Origin: Planctomycetota bacterium
GTDB taxonomy: Bacteria; Planctomycetota; MHYJ01; JACPRB01
Assembly (NCBI GenBank): GCA_016190175.1
Contig: JACPRC010000202.1
Location: forward strand, 11,750 to 75,749
Direction of reading: 5' to 3'
Length of the DNA stretch: 64,000 nt
Below are positions 25,422 to 38,823 of the stretch, piece by piece. The position numbers and the translations under genes are program-made. A model generated the notes under the pieces. That model worked only from the letters and a program-made list of their open reading frames with translations, was not told the origin of the DNA and ran no database searches. The number at the start of each line of letters is the position of its first letter. The stretch's first letter is position 1.

Positions 25422-27254
25422 TCATTCGTATCGCGCCTGGCAGATCACCGCGATCTCGAAGCGCCGCCATCCCGGACGGTCGGCGTCCGTCAGTCCGGAC
25501 GTCCGCGCGAGCTGCCCTCTCTGCTCCTTCGTCAGCCGCCGCTTGATCTCGTCGAGGATCCGGTTCGCCTTCCCCGGCGATTCGGCGCTCACCTCCCCCA
25601 CCACCAGGACGACGCGCGCGTCGCCCTCCCATTCGAGCAGGTCGGCGCAGTCCCCTTTCGGGAAGATGCGCGGTTCCGCCTGCGGGGGAAAGTCCATGCG
25701 GACCCGGAACGCATCTTCCGTGCGGTCCTCGATCTCGCCGATCACCAGCCCGGCCTCCGCGTGGCGGAAGAGGCAGCGCCGCCCGCCCTTCCCCTCGCGC
25801 GTGCGGTCCCCGGAGGGATCGACGATCTTCAGCTCGCGCAGCATGATCCCCTCCTCCTTGAGCGCGAACTGCCGCACCTCCGAATGGACGTCCAGAAGCG
25901 CGCGGGAGGCGAGGGTGGCCGTCGCGATCCGGTCGAGCCTGGCCGCGACCTCGCGCTGGTCCGCCTCGATCCGGTCGAGCTTCGCGATCCGATCGAGGTT
26001 CGCGGAGGACTGCTTTTCGAACCCCTCCCGGCGCGACGTCTGGGACGCGCGGCGCACGGCGGCGAAGCCGGTGATGACGAGGAGCGCGACGAGGAGGGCG
26101 GCCGCTCCCGCGGCGACGTAGGACCACGCCCGGAAGAAGTCGCGCCTCTTCTTGACCGCGTCCGGCAGGATCGAGAGCATGGCCTTGTCCGCCGGCAGGA
26201 GGGAGAGCTGCGCGAGACCCAGCGGCACGGCGAACTCCGTGGGAAGCGAGCGGAAGTCCTCCCCGCCCGCGGCCTCCACGCCCGAGGCGTCGACGCCGGC
26301 GATGAACGGGTCGAAGAGCTCGACGGGCACCTTGAGCGGGCTCTGCTGAAGGGAGCTCTGGAGATACTCGGGCAGCCCGCGCAACCGCGCGCCGCCGCCC
26401 GAAAGCAGGATGCGATCGACGGACAGCTCGCGGTCGCCGAGCTCCACGCGCGCGTGGTTGACGCAGGACTGGATGAAGCCGGAGAGCTGGCCCGCGGCCG
26501 TGCGGATCGCGGGCCGGATCTCCTCCTCCTTCGGATCCGCGTTGTCGGACGCGGGCAGGATGCTGCCGTAGCGGATCTTCAGCCACTCGGCCTCGTCGGG
26601 CCCCACGCCCGCGGCGGCCGCGATGTTCTGGTCGAAGATGCGGGCCCCCGTGGAGACGTTGCGCGCGTAGATGAGCTTCCCGCCCCGGACCAAGGCGACG
26701 TCCATGTTGTCCGCGCCCAGGTCCAGGACCATGTGCGTCCCGCCCGCATCGCCGTAGGCGGTCCGGAAGGCGGCGCACAGCGCGAAGGCGTTCGGCACGG
26801 CGTCCCGGACGTCCACCCCCGCCCGCCGCGCCACCTCGAGCCGCTCGTCCACGTAGGGCTTCTTGCCCACGCCCACCATGGCGAGATACTGTTTGAAGTA
26901 CGCGTCGGGCTCCCGCAGGGTGCAGAAGTCCGCATAAAGCTGCTCGTCCCCTTCGCGGCGCTGGTCCAATTCGTAGCCCATCATCGCCCGGTAGTTCGCC
27001 GGCTTCATGGCGGGCTGCTGCACGACCTGGAGGTTGATGTCGCGGCCGGAGAGTCCGACCACGCCGACGCGCCGGCCGCCCCCGTCGCCCAGCGCCTCGT
27101 GGAGGATCTTCATCAGCAGAGGCTTGCGCTCCTCGGGCTTGCCGACCCTCGGAATGCGGCGGCGGGCGACGCCGGTGACGACGAATCCACGGAGGCCGCG
27201 CTGGAGCGCGACCACCTTCACCGCGCTGTTGCCCAGATCGATCCCGAGTCCCAT
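25422..27254 (-). CDS. Type IV pilus assembly PilM-like actin-fold ATPase fused to a PilN-like transmembrane coiled-coil segment
   Basis: MGLGIDLGNSAVKVVAL (PilM N-terminal motif). Actin-like fold through about 350 aa, then a transmembrane helix (WSYVAAGAAALLVALLVITGF) and coiled coil. Confidence 0.6.
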   Translation of the reverse strand: MGLGIDLGNSAVKVVALQRGLRGFVVTGVARRRIPRVGKPEERKPLLMKILHEALGDGGGRRVGVVGLSGRDINLQVVQQPAMKPANYRAMMGYELDQRREGDEQLYADFCTLREPDAYFKQYLAMVGVGKKPYVDERLEVARRAGVDVRDAVPNAFALCAAFRTAYGDAGGTHMVLDLGADNMDVALVRGGKLIYARNVSTGARIFDQNIAAAAGVGPDEAEWLKIRYGSILPASDNADPKEEEIRPAIRTAAGQLSGFIQSCVNHARVELGDRELSVDRILLSGGGARLRGLPEYLQSSLQQSPLKVPVELFDPFIAGVDASGVEAAGGEDFRSLPTEFAVPLGLAQLSLLPADKAMLSILPDAVKKRRDFFRAWSYVAAGAAALLVALLVITGFAAVRRASQTSRREGFEKQSSANLDRIAKLDRIEADQREVAARLDRIATATLASRALLDVHSEVRQFALKEEGIMLRELKIVDPSGDRTREGKGGRRCLFRHAEAGLVIGEIEDRTEDAFRVRMDFPPQAEPRIFPKGDCADLLEWEGDARVVLVVGEVSAESPGKANRILDEIKRRLTKEQRGQLARTSGLTDADRPGWRRFEIAVICQARYE

Positions 27255-27257
27255 GTC

Positions 27258-29390
27258 CTATCCACCCGAACGGATCTGATCCAGCATCCTCCGCGCCTCC
27301 TCGCCCGTCTCCGTCGAGCCGTACGAAGCGACGATCCCGGCGAGGATCGCCTCCGCCAGCGCCTTCCGGCCCGCCTCCAGGCACTGCCGCGCCCGGTCCA
27401 GCAGTTTGCGCGGCCGGTCCGACCCACCGGGCACGGCCGTCACGTCCGCAATACGCTTGCGGAGCGTGCGGGCCTTCGAAAGGTACGGCTCCCCGGACCA
27501 GAGCCGCTCGTACCGGTCCACCTCGACACCCGCGGCCTCCAGTTCCGCCTGGAGGGCGACCAGTTCGGCGGCCAGGCCCCTCGACTCGGCGATGCGCCAG
27601 TCCTCCGACTCCCGCTGCTCCAGTTCCGAGATGAGGGCCGCGATCTCGCGCGCGGCCGACTCGTCGAGCGTCGAGTCGCCCTGCGCGGCCCGCAGAACCT
27701 GCAGCGCCCGGAACGGCTGGTCTTTCGTCAGATCCCGCGCCTCGGCCCTGGGGTCCTTCCTCGACGCGCGATCCGCCAGGCCGCGGAGGCGGAAGGCCGC
27801 CAGCACTTTCCCCTCGGTATCGGTGACGGCGAACGGCTGCACGAGACGGTTCCCTTCCCGCACCGCCGGCCGCAGGCGCCGGTCGACGTAGACGATCCGA
27901 TAGTCTTCGCCCGCCGTGAACTCCAATTGCGCAACCGGTTCCTCCGGCAAGCGCAGACGGTCCGCCCGCGGGACGACCGCCCAGAGATCGACCCGACCCA
28001 CTTGCGCCAGGTCGGACGCCTTGAATTCGTAGGCGATCCCGAGATCGTCCTTCGCGCTCCAGAAGATCGACATCTCGTACGGGACCGCGGCGCCGCTCAC
28101 CGGATGGGCCGCGGCACCCTGGACGACGATGCGTCCCTCCTCCCTCCGGACGGACGCGGGCGACAGGAGCTGGGAGGTCGCGCCCTCGAGATCGTTCTCG
28201 AGACGGAAGTGGAGGTCGGACATGACCGCGTGAGCCCCCCGGAGGATCGTGACCGCGCCGCCCCGGGCGACGAGGATGCGGAACGGCCCCGCCTCCATCT
28301 CCTCGCGCGCCTTCCCCGCGGGCTTCCCGACGATGCGCACGTCGTCGAAGTAGATGAGACCCGCGCGTCCCGCCGTCGCGAGCGCGAGTCTCAGTTCCCT
28401 CACGCCGGGCGGCACGTCGAACGTGTCGCGGATCGCGATCCAGTCGGCCCCCTTGGAGACCGGCGCGGAGAACTCCTCGAAGAGGACCGCCCCGTCGCGG
28501 AGCCACGCGACCTTCACCGCGGCGGAGCCGGCGAAGTCGCCCCACTTGGCCCATGCCGACACTTCGAAGGACTTGTGCGACCCGACGGCGATCCTCTCGG
28601 AGTACTCTACTTCCGACTGCGTCTCCGCGGGCGCGGGCCCCTTCCGCAGTTCCAGGGCCCTCTTCCCCGTGCGCGCCGCCGCCTCCGTGACGGACACGGA
28701 AGAGGAGCCCGGAGGATGAAGGGCCCAGTTCGTCGGCTTTCCGGGCGCGGCCCACTCGAAGCCTCCTTCGTCGCGCAGGAGGTTCTCTTTGTCTTCTCCG
28801 CCCCTGGTGCCGCGGCCGGGCAGAACGAGCGCGAGGACGGTCAGGCCGACGAGAGCGACGGCGACGGAGACGGCGATCAGCAGGCGCCGCAGGTTCAGGC
28901 CCGACGAGGTCCAGGCCCCGATGTCCTTCACGAGAGCGGCCGCCGTCCTGCGTGCCTCCGTCTTTTTCGGGGCGGGGGGGACCGCCGGTTGCGCGGAGCC
29001 CGACGCGGGTTTCGACCCCGAGGCTGGGGCTTCCGCCGGAGGGGCCGTCATTCGCTCCGTCTTGACTTTCGTGTCGCCGGCCGACTTCCTCGCGGCGCCG
29101 CTGTCCCGCTTCACCTCGAACCAGATGTAGGTCTGGCCGATGTGGATGCGGTCGCCCGGTTCGAGCCTGCGCTCCCAGACGCGCCCGCCGTTGAGGAGCG
29201 TACCGTTCATGCTGCCCCTGTCCACGAGCGTCACGACGCCGTTCGCCAGCACGACCTCGCAATGCTCGCGGGAGATGTTGGCGTCGCCGACGGGGACCTG
29301 GCACTTGGAGGAACGGCCGATGACGTTGGGACCTTCGCGGAGCTCGACAGTCCACTCCCGGTCCAGGTGCTGGATGATCAGCTTCGGCAT
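27258..29390 (-). CDS. FHA-domain membrane protein
   Basis: N-terminal FHA: VIGRSSKCQVPVGDANISREHCEV...DRGSMNGTLLNG...GDRIHIG. Central transmembrane helix (LLIAVSVAVALVGLTVLALVL) and a large extracytoplasmic domain. Stop is 1 nt from the PilM/N start. Confidence 0.7.
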   Translation of the reverse strand: MPKLIIQHLDREWTVELREGPNVIGRSSKCQVPVGDANISREHCEVVLANGVVTLVDRGSMNGTLLNGGRVWERRLEPGDRIHIGQTYIWFEVKRDSGAARKSAGDTKVKTERMTAPPAEAPASGSKPASGSAQPAVPPAPKKTEARRTAAALVKDIGAWTSSGLNLRRLLIAVSVAVALVGLTVLALVLPGRGTRGGEDKENLLRDEGGFEWAAPGKPTNWALHPPGSSSVSVTEAAARTGKRALELRKGPAPAETQSEVEYSERIAVGSHKSFEVSAWAKWGDFAGSAAVKVAWLRDGAVLFEEFSAPVSKGADWIAIRDTFDVPPGVRELRLALATAGRAGLIYFDDVRIVGKPAGKAREEMEAGPFRILVARGGAVTILRGAHAVMSDLHFRLENDLEGATSQLLSPASVRREEGRIVVQGAAAHPVSGAAVPYEMSIFWSAKDDLGIAYEFKASDLAQVGRVDLWAVVPRADRLRLPEEPVAQLEFTAGEDYRIVYVDRRLRPAVREGNRLVQPFAVTDTEGKVLAAFRLRGLADRASRKDPRAEARDLTKDQPFRALQVLRAAQGDSTLDESAAREIAALISELEQRESEDWRIAESRGLAAELVALQAELEAAGVEVDRYERLWSGEPYLSKARTLRKRIADVTAVPGGSDRPRKLLDRARQCLEAGRKALAEAILAGIVASYGSTETGEEARRMLDQIRSGG

Positions 29391-29477
29391 GAAAGGGCCG
29401 GAATCCCCTTGTGGTCCGCCGTCCGCTCCAACGGTCTCTGTACCTTATTCGCGCAAGGGCGGGGGGTCAAGGAAAAG

Positions 29478-29560
29478 CCTCGCGGCCGCCAATCAGCCTC
29501 TAGCCTTTGGCCATTAGCCGGAGGCCACTCGCGTCCAGCTAACGGCTGACAGCTAAGGGC
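29478..29560. repeat. REP-like element (copy C of the GCTGAT/CAGCC family)
   Basis: aatcagcctctagcctttggccattagccggagg...cagctaacggctgacagctaagggctaatcc. Confidence 0.45.
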
Positions 29561-29605
29561 TAATCCTTCCGGCTCGGAGCCTCCGCGGCCAGGCGACGAA
29601 ACCGC

Positions 29606-29633
29606 TTGACATAATCCATACGTCTACTAGAAT
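29606..29633 (+). promoter_or_regulatory. Sigma-70-like promoter candidate upstream of rny (about 300-nt leader)
   Basis: TTGACA-16 nt-TAGAAT (cgcTTGACAtaatccatacgtctacTAGAATcc). Confidence 0.35.
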
Positions 29634-29927
29634 CCGGTCAGACGTACCCGGTCCCCTTCCGCATGAGGTCCCTGTACGGCGGAAGGTTTAAGATAGATTG
29701 CGGTGGCGCGAACCCGGCCAGCGGTTGAGCAGACAGATCCGACCCCACTGGGGATGTGGAGATGGTGGGAGATACACGGACGTTCCGCGTTTCCCGTGGG
29801 GGTTTGATTTCGGGCGATCACGGCGGACGTTTCGGGGACTGAACCGCTCCGCCTCCTCGCCGTCCCGGACCGGGTGCACTTCCCGCGATCGTGGACCGGC
29901 ACTCTTCCAGCATGGGGGTGCTGAGCC

Positions 29928-31466
<1,539 letters not shown>

Positions 31467-31562
31467 GTCCCGCCAGACTCTGCACGGCGAAGTCCGCGCG
31501 GTGCCCCATGGCCGCCCGGTCTGTCTCGGAGCGTTTCCGGCGGACCGGAGGAGTCTGACGGG

Positions 31563-32363
31563 ATGAAGCTGCAGATCCTGGCCATCGGCGACGTCGTCGG
31601 AAAACCCGGGCGGGAGCTCGTGAAGCGCCGGCTCCCCGAGTTCTGCCGCCGCGAACACATCGACTTCGTCGTGGCGAACGGCGAGAATCTCTCGGACGGC
31701 GCGGGGATCATGCCCGCGGAGGCCGACGATCTCTTCGCCGCGGGCGCGCACGTCGTGACCGGCGGCGACCACGTCTGGAACCGCAAGGAGATCATCCCGT
31801 ACATCGCCCAGAAACCGACGCTCCTGCGTCCCGCGAACTACCCCGAGGAGCAGCCGGGCCGGGGCGCGACCGTCGTGGAGCTGCCGATCGGCATCAAGGT
31901 CGCGGTCGTCCATCTGCTGGGCCGCGTCTTCATGAACACGCCGGCCGCCTGCCCCTTCCGGACGGCGAAGCAGCTCGTCGACAAGCTCCGCGACGAGGCG
32001 CGGGTCATCGTCGTGGACATGCACTGCGAGGCGACGAGCGAGAAGATCGCGATGGGCTGGTGGCTCGACGGACAGGTCAGCTTCGTCTTCGGCACGCACA
32101 CCCACATCCAGACGGCCGACGAGCGCGTGCTCCCGAAGGGGACCGCCTACATCACGGACTGCGGGATGACGGGCCCGTACGAAAGCGTCATCGGCAGGCG
32201 CACCGACCGCGTGCTGCACCGGTTCACGACGGGCATGCCCGCACGCTTCGAGGTGGCCACCGGCGACGTGCGCCTCTGCGGCGCGATCGCCACCGTGGAT
32301 TCGGCGACGGGACTGGCCGAGTCGGTCCGGCGGGTCGTGCTCCGCGCCGACGACGCCCCGTGA
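31563..32363 (+). CDS. YmdB-family (TIGR00282) metallophosphoesterase
   Basis: MKLQILAIGDVVGKPGR...DFVVANGENLSDGAGI...VVTGGDHVWN...VDMHCEATSEKIAMGWWLDGQVSFVFGTHTHIQTADERVLP. Conserved synteny immediately downstream of rny. Confidence 0.8.
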   Translation: MKLQILAIGDVVGKPGRELVKRRLPEFCRREHIDFVVANGENLSDGAGIMPAEADDLFAAGAHVVTGGDHVWNRKEIIPYIAQKPTLLRPANYPEEQPGRGATVVELPIGIKVAVVHLLGRVFMNTPAACPFRTAKQLVDKLRDEARVIVVDMHCEATSEKIAMGWWLDGQVSFVFGTHTHIQTADERVLPKGTAYITDCGMTGPYESVIGRRTDRVLHRFTTGMPARFEVATGDVRLCGAIATVDSATGLAESVRRVVLRADDAP

Positions 32364-32432
32364 TCGAATCCGGATCGCCCGAAACTCATCACGGGGTATA
32401 CTCCTGAGGAACTTCTACCGGGGGACCCGACC

Positions 32433-32645
32433 ATGAAGACCGCATTCCTGCTGGCCACCCTGATCCTGCCGGCACAGGACTCCGATCTGGAGAGGGTCCG
32501 CAAGAAGATCTCGGAGCAGGTGGAGAGGAGCCTGGATTCGTTGCGCAGCTTCTCCAGGGACGCCCAGCGCTGGTGGAAGGACGCCGTCGATTCGATCCTC
32601 CAGAAGTTCGGCGGAAAGAAGAAACCGTACGGGGACGGCGGCTGA
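32433..32645 (+). CDS. Small hypothetical secreted protein
   Basis: MKTAFLLATLILPAQD signal peptide; 70 aa. Ends at a TGA that is in frame with the next ORF. Confidence 0.35.
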   Translation: MKTAFLLATLILPAQDSDLERVRKKISEQVERSLDSLRSFSRDAQRWWKDAVDSILQKFGGKKKPYGDGG

Positions 32646-32672
32646 AAGCCCCCGGCGGACAAACCCCGGCGC

Positions 32673-33185
32673 GTGGCGCCGGACGAGAAACCCGTGGAGC
32701 CGCCGAAGAGGATCGAGGACTTCCGCTACGACGCGTGGGATTCGTGGAACTCGTTCGCTCCGGGAGCCTCCGTCGAGTTCGAGATGGAGGCCGGCGGTTC
32801 GAAGATGCGGCAGGTGAAGACGCTCGACTCGAAGAGGCCGGACGCGATCACGGTCAAGTCCGTGATGATCCTCAAGATCGGCGACGACGAGAACAGGACC
32901 GAATCGGACGAGACGTTCCTGAAGTCGCGGGGCGGCCCGGCGCAGTGTCCGTCCTGCAAGAAGCCCGTGTCCTCGCACGATCCGGGGACGTTCAGCCGCG
33001 AGCGCCTCAAGATCGGCGACCGCGACCTGGACTGCGTCGTGTGGAAATCGCCCGCGCGCGATTGCTCCGGAAAAGCGACGACGCCGGTGCGGATGTGGTA
33101 CTGCAAGGACGTCCCCGGCGGGAACGTGAAGACGGAGAGCGAGCACTGGAAGATGACCGCGACGCGCTTCGATCCGAAGAAATAA
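32673..33185 (+). CDS. Hypothetical protein (Cys-containing, no signal peptide)
   Basis: GTG start. CPSCKK...CVVWKSPARDC. Same frame as the upstream small ORF, separated by a single TGA. Confidence 0.4.
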   Translation: MAPDEKPVEPPKRIEDFRYDAWDSWNSFAPGASVEFEMEAGGSKMRQVKTLDSKRPDAITVKSVMILKIGDDENRTESDETFLKSRGGPAQCPSCKKPVSSHDPGTFSRERLKIGDRDLDCVVWKSPARDCSGKATTPVRMWYCKDVPGGNVKTESEHWKMTATRFDPKK

Positions 33186-33224
33186 GTTCGCCGAACCGCT
33201 CCTTGGTTATTTCCCCCACCCCGG

Positions 33225-33252
33225 TTGCCTTTCCCGTTTTTCGGTGTATAAT
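33225..33252 (+). promoter_or_regulatory. Sigma-70-like promoter candidate for the TPR kinase gene
   Basis: TTGCCT-16 nt-TATAAT (ggTTGCCTttcccgtttttcggtgTATAATtcat), about 40 nt upstream of ATG 33289. Confidence 0.4.
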
Positions 33253-33288
33253 TCATACAATAATAGAGGAAGGGACCGGCTGGGGAGC

Positions 33289-35850
<2,562 letters not shown>

Positions 35851-35946
35851 ACCCCGTTATACTTCCATGGGTTCTCGCCGATAGCGTCCGGAAGACGGCC
35901 GCGAGGAAGGGACAAATGCGCAGGCATCCCATAGGAGTCTGACGGG

Positions 35947-37305
35947 GTGAAACGGAACTCGGGACGACGTCTGGCGCTCGGGGCCGTGTGCCTCGGCCTC
36001 CTGGGGCTGGGGAGCTGCCTCGTCGTGCGCGCGATCCTGGCGCGGAAGATCCCGCCGCCCGCGACCGACGTCACCGGCACCGGCAAGCTGCCCCTCGTCG
36101 TCCTCTCCGTCCGCGGGCGCGTCGAGGTGCTCGACCCGGGCACGCAGCAGTGGACGCGCATCCGGCCGGGGATGGTGCTCGAGGAGGGCATGATCGTCAA
36201 CGTCGGGCAGGACGGGGGCGTCACGGTCTTCTCCTCGGGCGCTTTCAGCCTCTCCGCGAGCGAGAAGTCCGTCTTCGCGATCGACCGGCTGCGCCGGCGC
36301 GGGGAACATCTCGACGTCGCGCTCGGCCTGCGGAGCGGCCGACTCGCCGCGCGGACCTCGTCCGACGTGTCCCTCGCCGTCTCGACCGACTTCGGCACCT
36401 ACACCGTCGACGGGAGCGCCGCGATCGGCACGGGCGTCCATTCCGACGACGTCGTAGTGGGGAGCGGCTCCGTGCTCGCCGATTCCGGGGACGGTTCCAC
36501 GCGCCGGCTCGGCTCCGGCAGCCGGGTGCGGCTCGGTATGGGCCGCGACGGCGACATGCAGGAGACCGCGCTCTCCGGTTCCACGGAGGGAGGACAGGCG
36601 CTGGCGGTCCATCTCAACACCGTGGGCGACACGACCGGCGAGGCGGCGGGGCGGCCGATCGACTTCGAGGCGGAGCGCCGCAGGATCGAGGACCTCATCT
36701 ACTGGGGCCTGGAGAAGCTGCGGGGCCGGCAGTTCGACCAGCTCATCGGCCATCTCGCGGGCAACTTCACGCTCCAGGGGATGCCGACGACGCCGGGCGC
36801 CTTCGGCACCGTCGTCACGAACTTCGACACGGTCCACCAGGTCCTGACCACGACGCCCGTAGGCGAGCCGAGCGTCACCATCGCGGGCGGCACCACGACA
36901 TCGACGACGACGGCGAGCACCACGACGACGACCACGACGACCTCGCCCCCGCCGGACACGAGCACTGCCGGGGGCACGACCTCGTCGTCCTCGGGCGGTA
37001 CGGGAGGGGATTCCGGTAGCGGCGGAACGACGACGCCTTCGGGGGACACAGGCGGCGGGACGGGCACCCCGACAAGCGGGACGGCGGCGACATCGCAGGA
37101 CCTCACGGCGACGGCGACGGTGACGGCGGGAGTCCTGGCCACGGAGCAGGAACCGCCGCCCCCGACCCCGGAACCTCAGCCGGAGCCGCAGCCCGAGCCG
37201 CCTCCGACGTGCGTCCTAAGCGGAACGGTGCAGTATGTCTTCACCCTGCAGTACGTGAACGGCACGTGGCAGATCGTGTCGCTGGAGGTGATTGCGAACC
37301 CATGA
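35947..37305 (+). CDS. Secreted FecR-domain protein with Thr/Gly-rich linker and Pro-rich segment
   Basis: Signal peptide MKRNSGRRLALGAVCLGLLGLGSC. FecR-like GRVEVLDPGTQQWTRIRPGMVLEEGMIVNVGQDGGVTVFSSGAFSLSASEKSVFAI. TTTSTTTASTTTTTTTTSPPP linker and PEPQPEPQPEPPP. Confidence 0.55.
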   Translation: MKRNSGRRLALGAVCLGLLGLGSCLVVRAILARKIPPPATDVTGTGKLPLVVLSVRGRVEVLDPGTQQWTRIRPGMVLEEGMIVNVGQDGGVTVFSSGAFSLSASEKSVFAIDRLRRRGEHLDVALGLRSGRLAARTSSDVSLAVSTDFGTYTVDGSAAIGTGVHSDDVVVGSGSVLADSGDGSTRRLGSGSRVRLGMGRDGDMQETALSGSTEGGQALAVHLNTVGDTTGEAAGRPIDFEAERRRIEDLIYWGLEKLRGRQFDQLIGHLAGNFTLQGMPTTPGAFGTVVTNFDTVHQVLTTTPVGEPSVTIAGGTTTSTTTASTTTTTTTTSPPPDTSTAGGTTSSSSGGTGGDSGSGGTTTPSGDTGGGTGTPTSGTAATSQDLTATATVTAGVLATEQEPPPPTPEPQPEPQPEPPPTCVLSGTVQYVFTLQYVNGTWQIVSLEVIANP

Positions 37306-38729
37306 CCACCGGAAAGAACAAAGAACAGAGAACAAAGAAGAGAGAGGGCGGGGGAAGGATCCCCCGCACCCCCTCTGCCGCCCGGGCCTTGCGAAGAGGA
37401 GGGGGCTCGGGGGAGACTTCCCGCGGCCCTTTGTTCTTCGTTCTCTGTTCTGTGTTCTTTCCGCTCTCGGCATGCGAAACCGCGGCGCCTCCCCCCCGGC
37501 GCCGCGACGCGGAACCTCCCGATCGTCCGCCCGTACGCGAAACGCGCCGCCCGCCCGCGCCCACGCAGGAGAAGACGTTCGAGGACGTCGAGCGCGAGCT
37601 CGGCCTCGCTTCGGGCACCCTCAAGGCGGACCTCGAGGCCGAGTACCAGGCGGAGACGGGCGACCTCCTGGCCGTCACCTGCCTCAGCCACAAGAGCCTC
37701 ACGCAGGAGGCCGCCGTCTCGCCGGACGGGAAGCTCGTCCTGACGGGGATCGGGAGCGTCGTCGTGCGCGGGCTGACGCTGGCGCAGGCGGAGACGGCGA
37801 TCACGGAGGCGGCCGCCGCCGCGGGCGTGCGCAAGCCGCGCTTCGCGGTCTCCGTGAAGACCCTCGGAAAGAAGTACGTCACGCTCGTCGGGCCGCAGAT
37901 GACCGGAGGCCGGCTGGAGATCCACGGCCGCGGCACGATTCTCGAGACGCTCGCCGGCGCGGGCTGGAAGCCGGACCGCCGCTCCGTCCGCCGCCTCGCC
38001 CTCGTGCGCCGCGAACGCACGAGCGTGCTCGACCTCGAGCAGATCGCCGGCACCGCCCGCGTCTCGCTCAACCTCAAGCTCCGCGCCAACGACATCCTCA
38101 TCGTCGTGGAAAAGGACCCCGTGGACGTCAAGGGGAGCGTCCAGTTCCCCGGCACCTACGCCGTGCCGCCCACCGGCGTGCTCGAGGTCCGCGACGCGAT
38201 CGCGCTCGCCGGCGGGCTGAAGTACCCGGTGGACGTGCGGACCGTGCGCGTCCTCCACGCGGACGGCCGCTCGGCCACCTTCGACCTCAACGACTACCTG
38301 TTCCGCCCGGGCGCCGCGCCGTCCTGCGTCCTCCGTCCGGGAGACACCGTCTTTTTCCCGCAGCAGCGCGAGTTCAGCGTCTTCGTGCTCGGGATGGTGA
38401 AGAAGCCCGGTCAGGTCAAGGTGCCGGGCCCGATCACCGTGAGCCGCGCTCTCGCCATGGCGGACCACGAGCGCTTCGGCGCGGTGCTCTCGCACTGCAG
38501 CCTGGTCCGCGGCTATCCCGATAAACCCGAGGTGATCGGGATCGACTTCAACGCCCTCTTCCGGGGCGACACGCGGTTCGACCTCGTGATGAACGACGGC
38601 GACGTGCTCTACGTGCCGGAGAGCGCGCTTTCGAACGTGCTGGACCTGGTGGAGCGGATCCTCCGGCCGTTCGCCGGAGCGACCCCGACGGCGGTGCAGA
38701 TCTACACGGCGACGCAGATTGGAAAGTGA
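37302..38729 (+). CDS. Polysaccharide export lipoprotein (Wza-like, SLBB-domain family)
   Basis: ATGA overlap with the upstream gene. Long basic n-region then LFFVLCSVFFPLSAC (lipobox). Polysaccharide-export and SLBB-like segments (GDLLAVTC..., ...VRPGDTVFFPQ, ...GDVLYVPES). Confidence 0.6.
   Translation: MTTGKNKEQRTKKREGGGRIPRTPSAARALRRGGGSGETSRGPLFFVLCSVFFPLSACETAAPPPRRRDAEPPDRPPVRETRRPPAPTQEKTFEDVERELGLASGTLKADLEAEYQAETGDLLAVTCLSHKSLTQEAAVSPDGKLVLTGIGSVVVRGLTLAQAETAITEAAAAAGVRKPRFAVSVKTLGKKYVTLVGPQMTGGRLEIHGRGTILETLAGAGWKPDRRSVRRLALVRRERTSVLDLEQIAGTARVSLNLKLRANDILIVVEKDPVDVKGSVQFPGTYAVPPTGVLEVRDAIALAGGLKYPVDVRTVRVLHADGRSATFDLNDYLFRPGAAPSCVLRPGDTVFFPQQREFSVFVLGMVKKPGQVKVPGPITVSRALAMADHERFGAVLSHCSLVRGYPDKPEVIGIDFNALFRGDTRFDLVMNDGDVLYVPESALSNVLDLVERILRPFAGATPTAVQIYTATQIGK
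37312..37465. repeat. About 36-nt inverted repeat (GAAAGAACAAAGAACAGAGAACAAAGAAG ... complement) around a GC-rich core, inside the Wza-like signal-peptide coding region
   Basis: Left arm ggaaagaacaaagaacagagaacaaagaagagagaggg encodes KNKEQRTKKRE. Right arm ccctttgttcttcgttctctgttctgtgttctttcc encodes LFFVLCSVFF. About 32/36 complementary. The same GAACAAAGA motif flanks REP copy B at 19.1-19.3 kb. Confidence 0.5.
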
Positions 38730-38812
38730 TTGGTGGTTTGTGGTTGGTGGTTTGTGAAGAGACAGTATCCTCTTTCTTCACTGACCACTAACCACCAACT
38801 ACGAACCACCAG
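38728..38812. repeat. Hairpin element E3, (GGTTKGT)n arms, between the Wza-like and Wzc-like genes
   Basis: gattggtggtttgtggttggtggtttgtg-aagagacagtatcctctttcttcac-tgaccactaaccaccaactacgaaccacc. Confidence 0.6.
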
Positions 38813-38823
38813 GTTGAGTTGAC

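Noticed and set aside
25050-29549. 1499-aa ORF 25050..29549 (+) and 1326-aa ORF 25375..29355 (-)
   Set aside because: Antisense or alternate frames of the FHA and PilM/N genes. Extremely Arg/Gly/Asp-rich with no domains.
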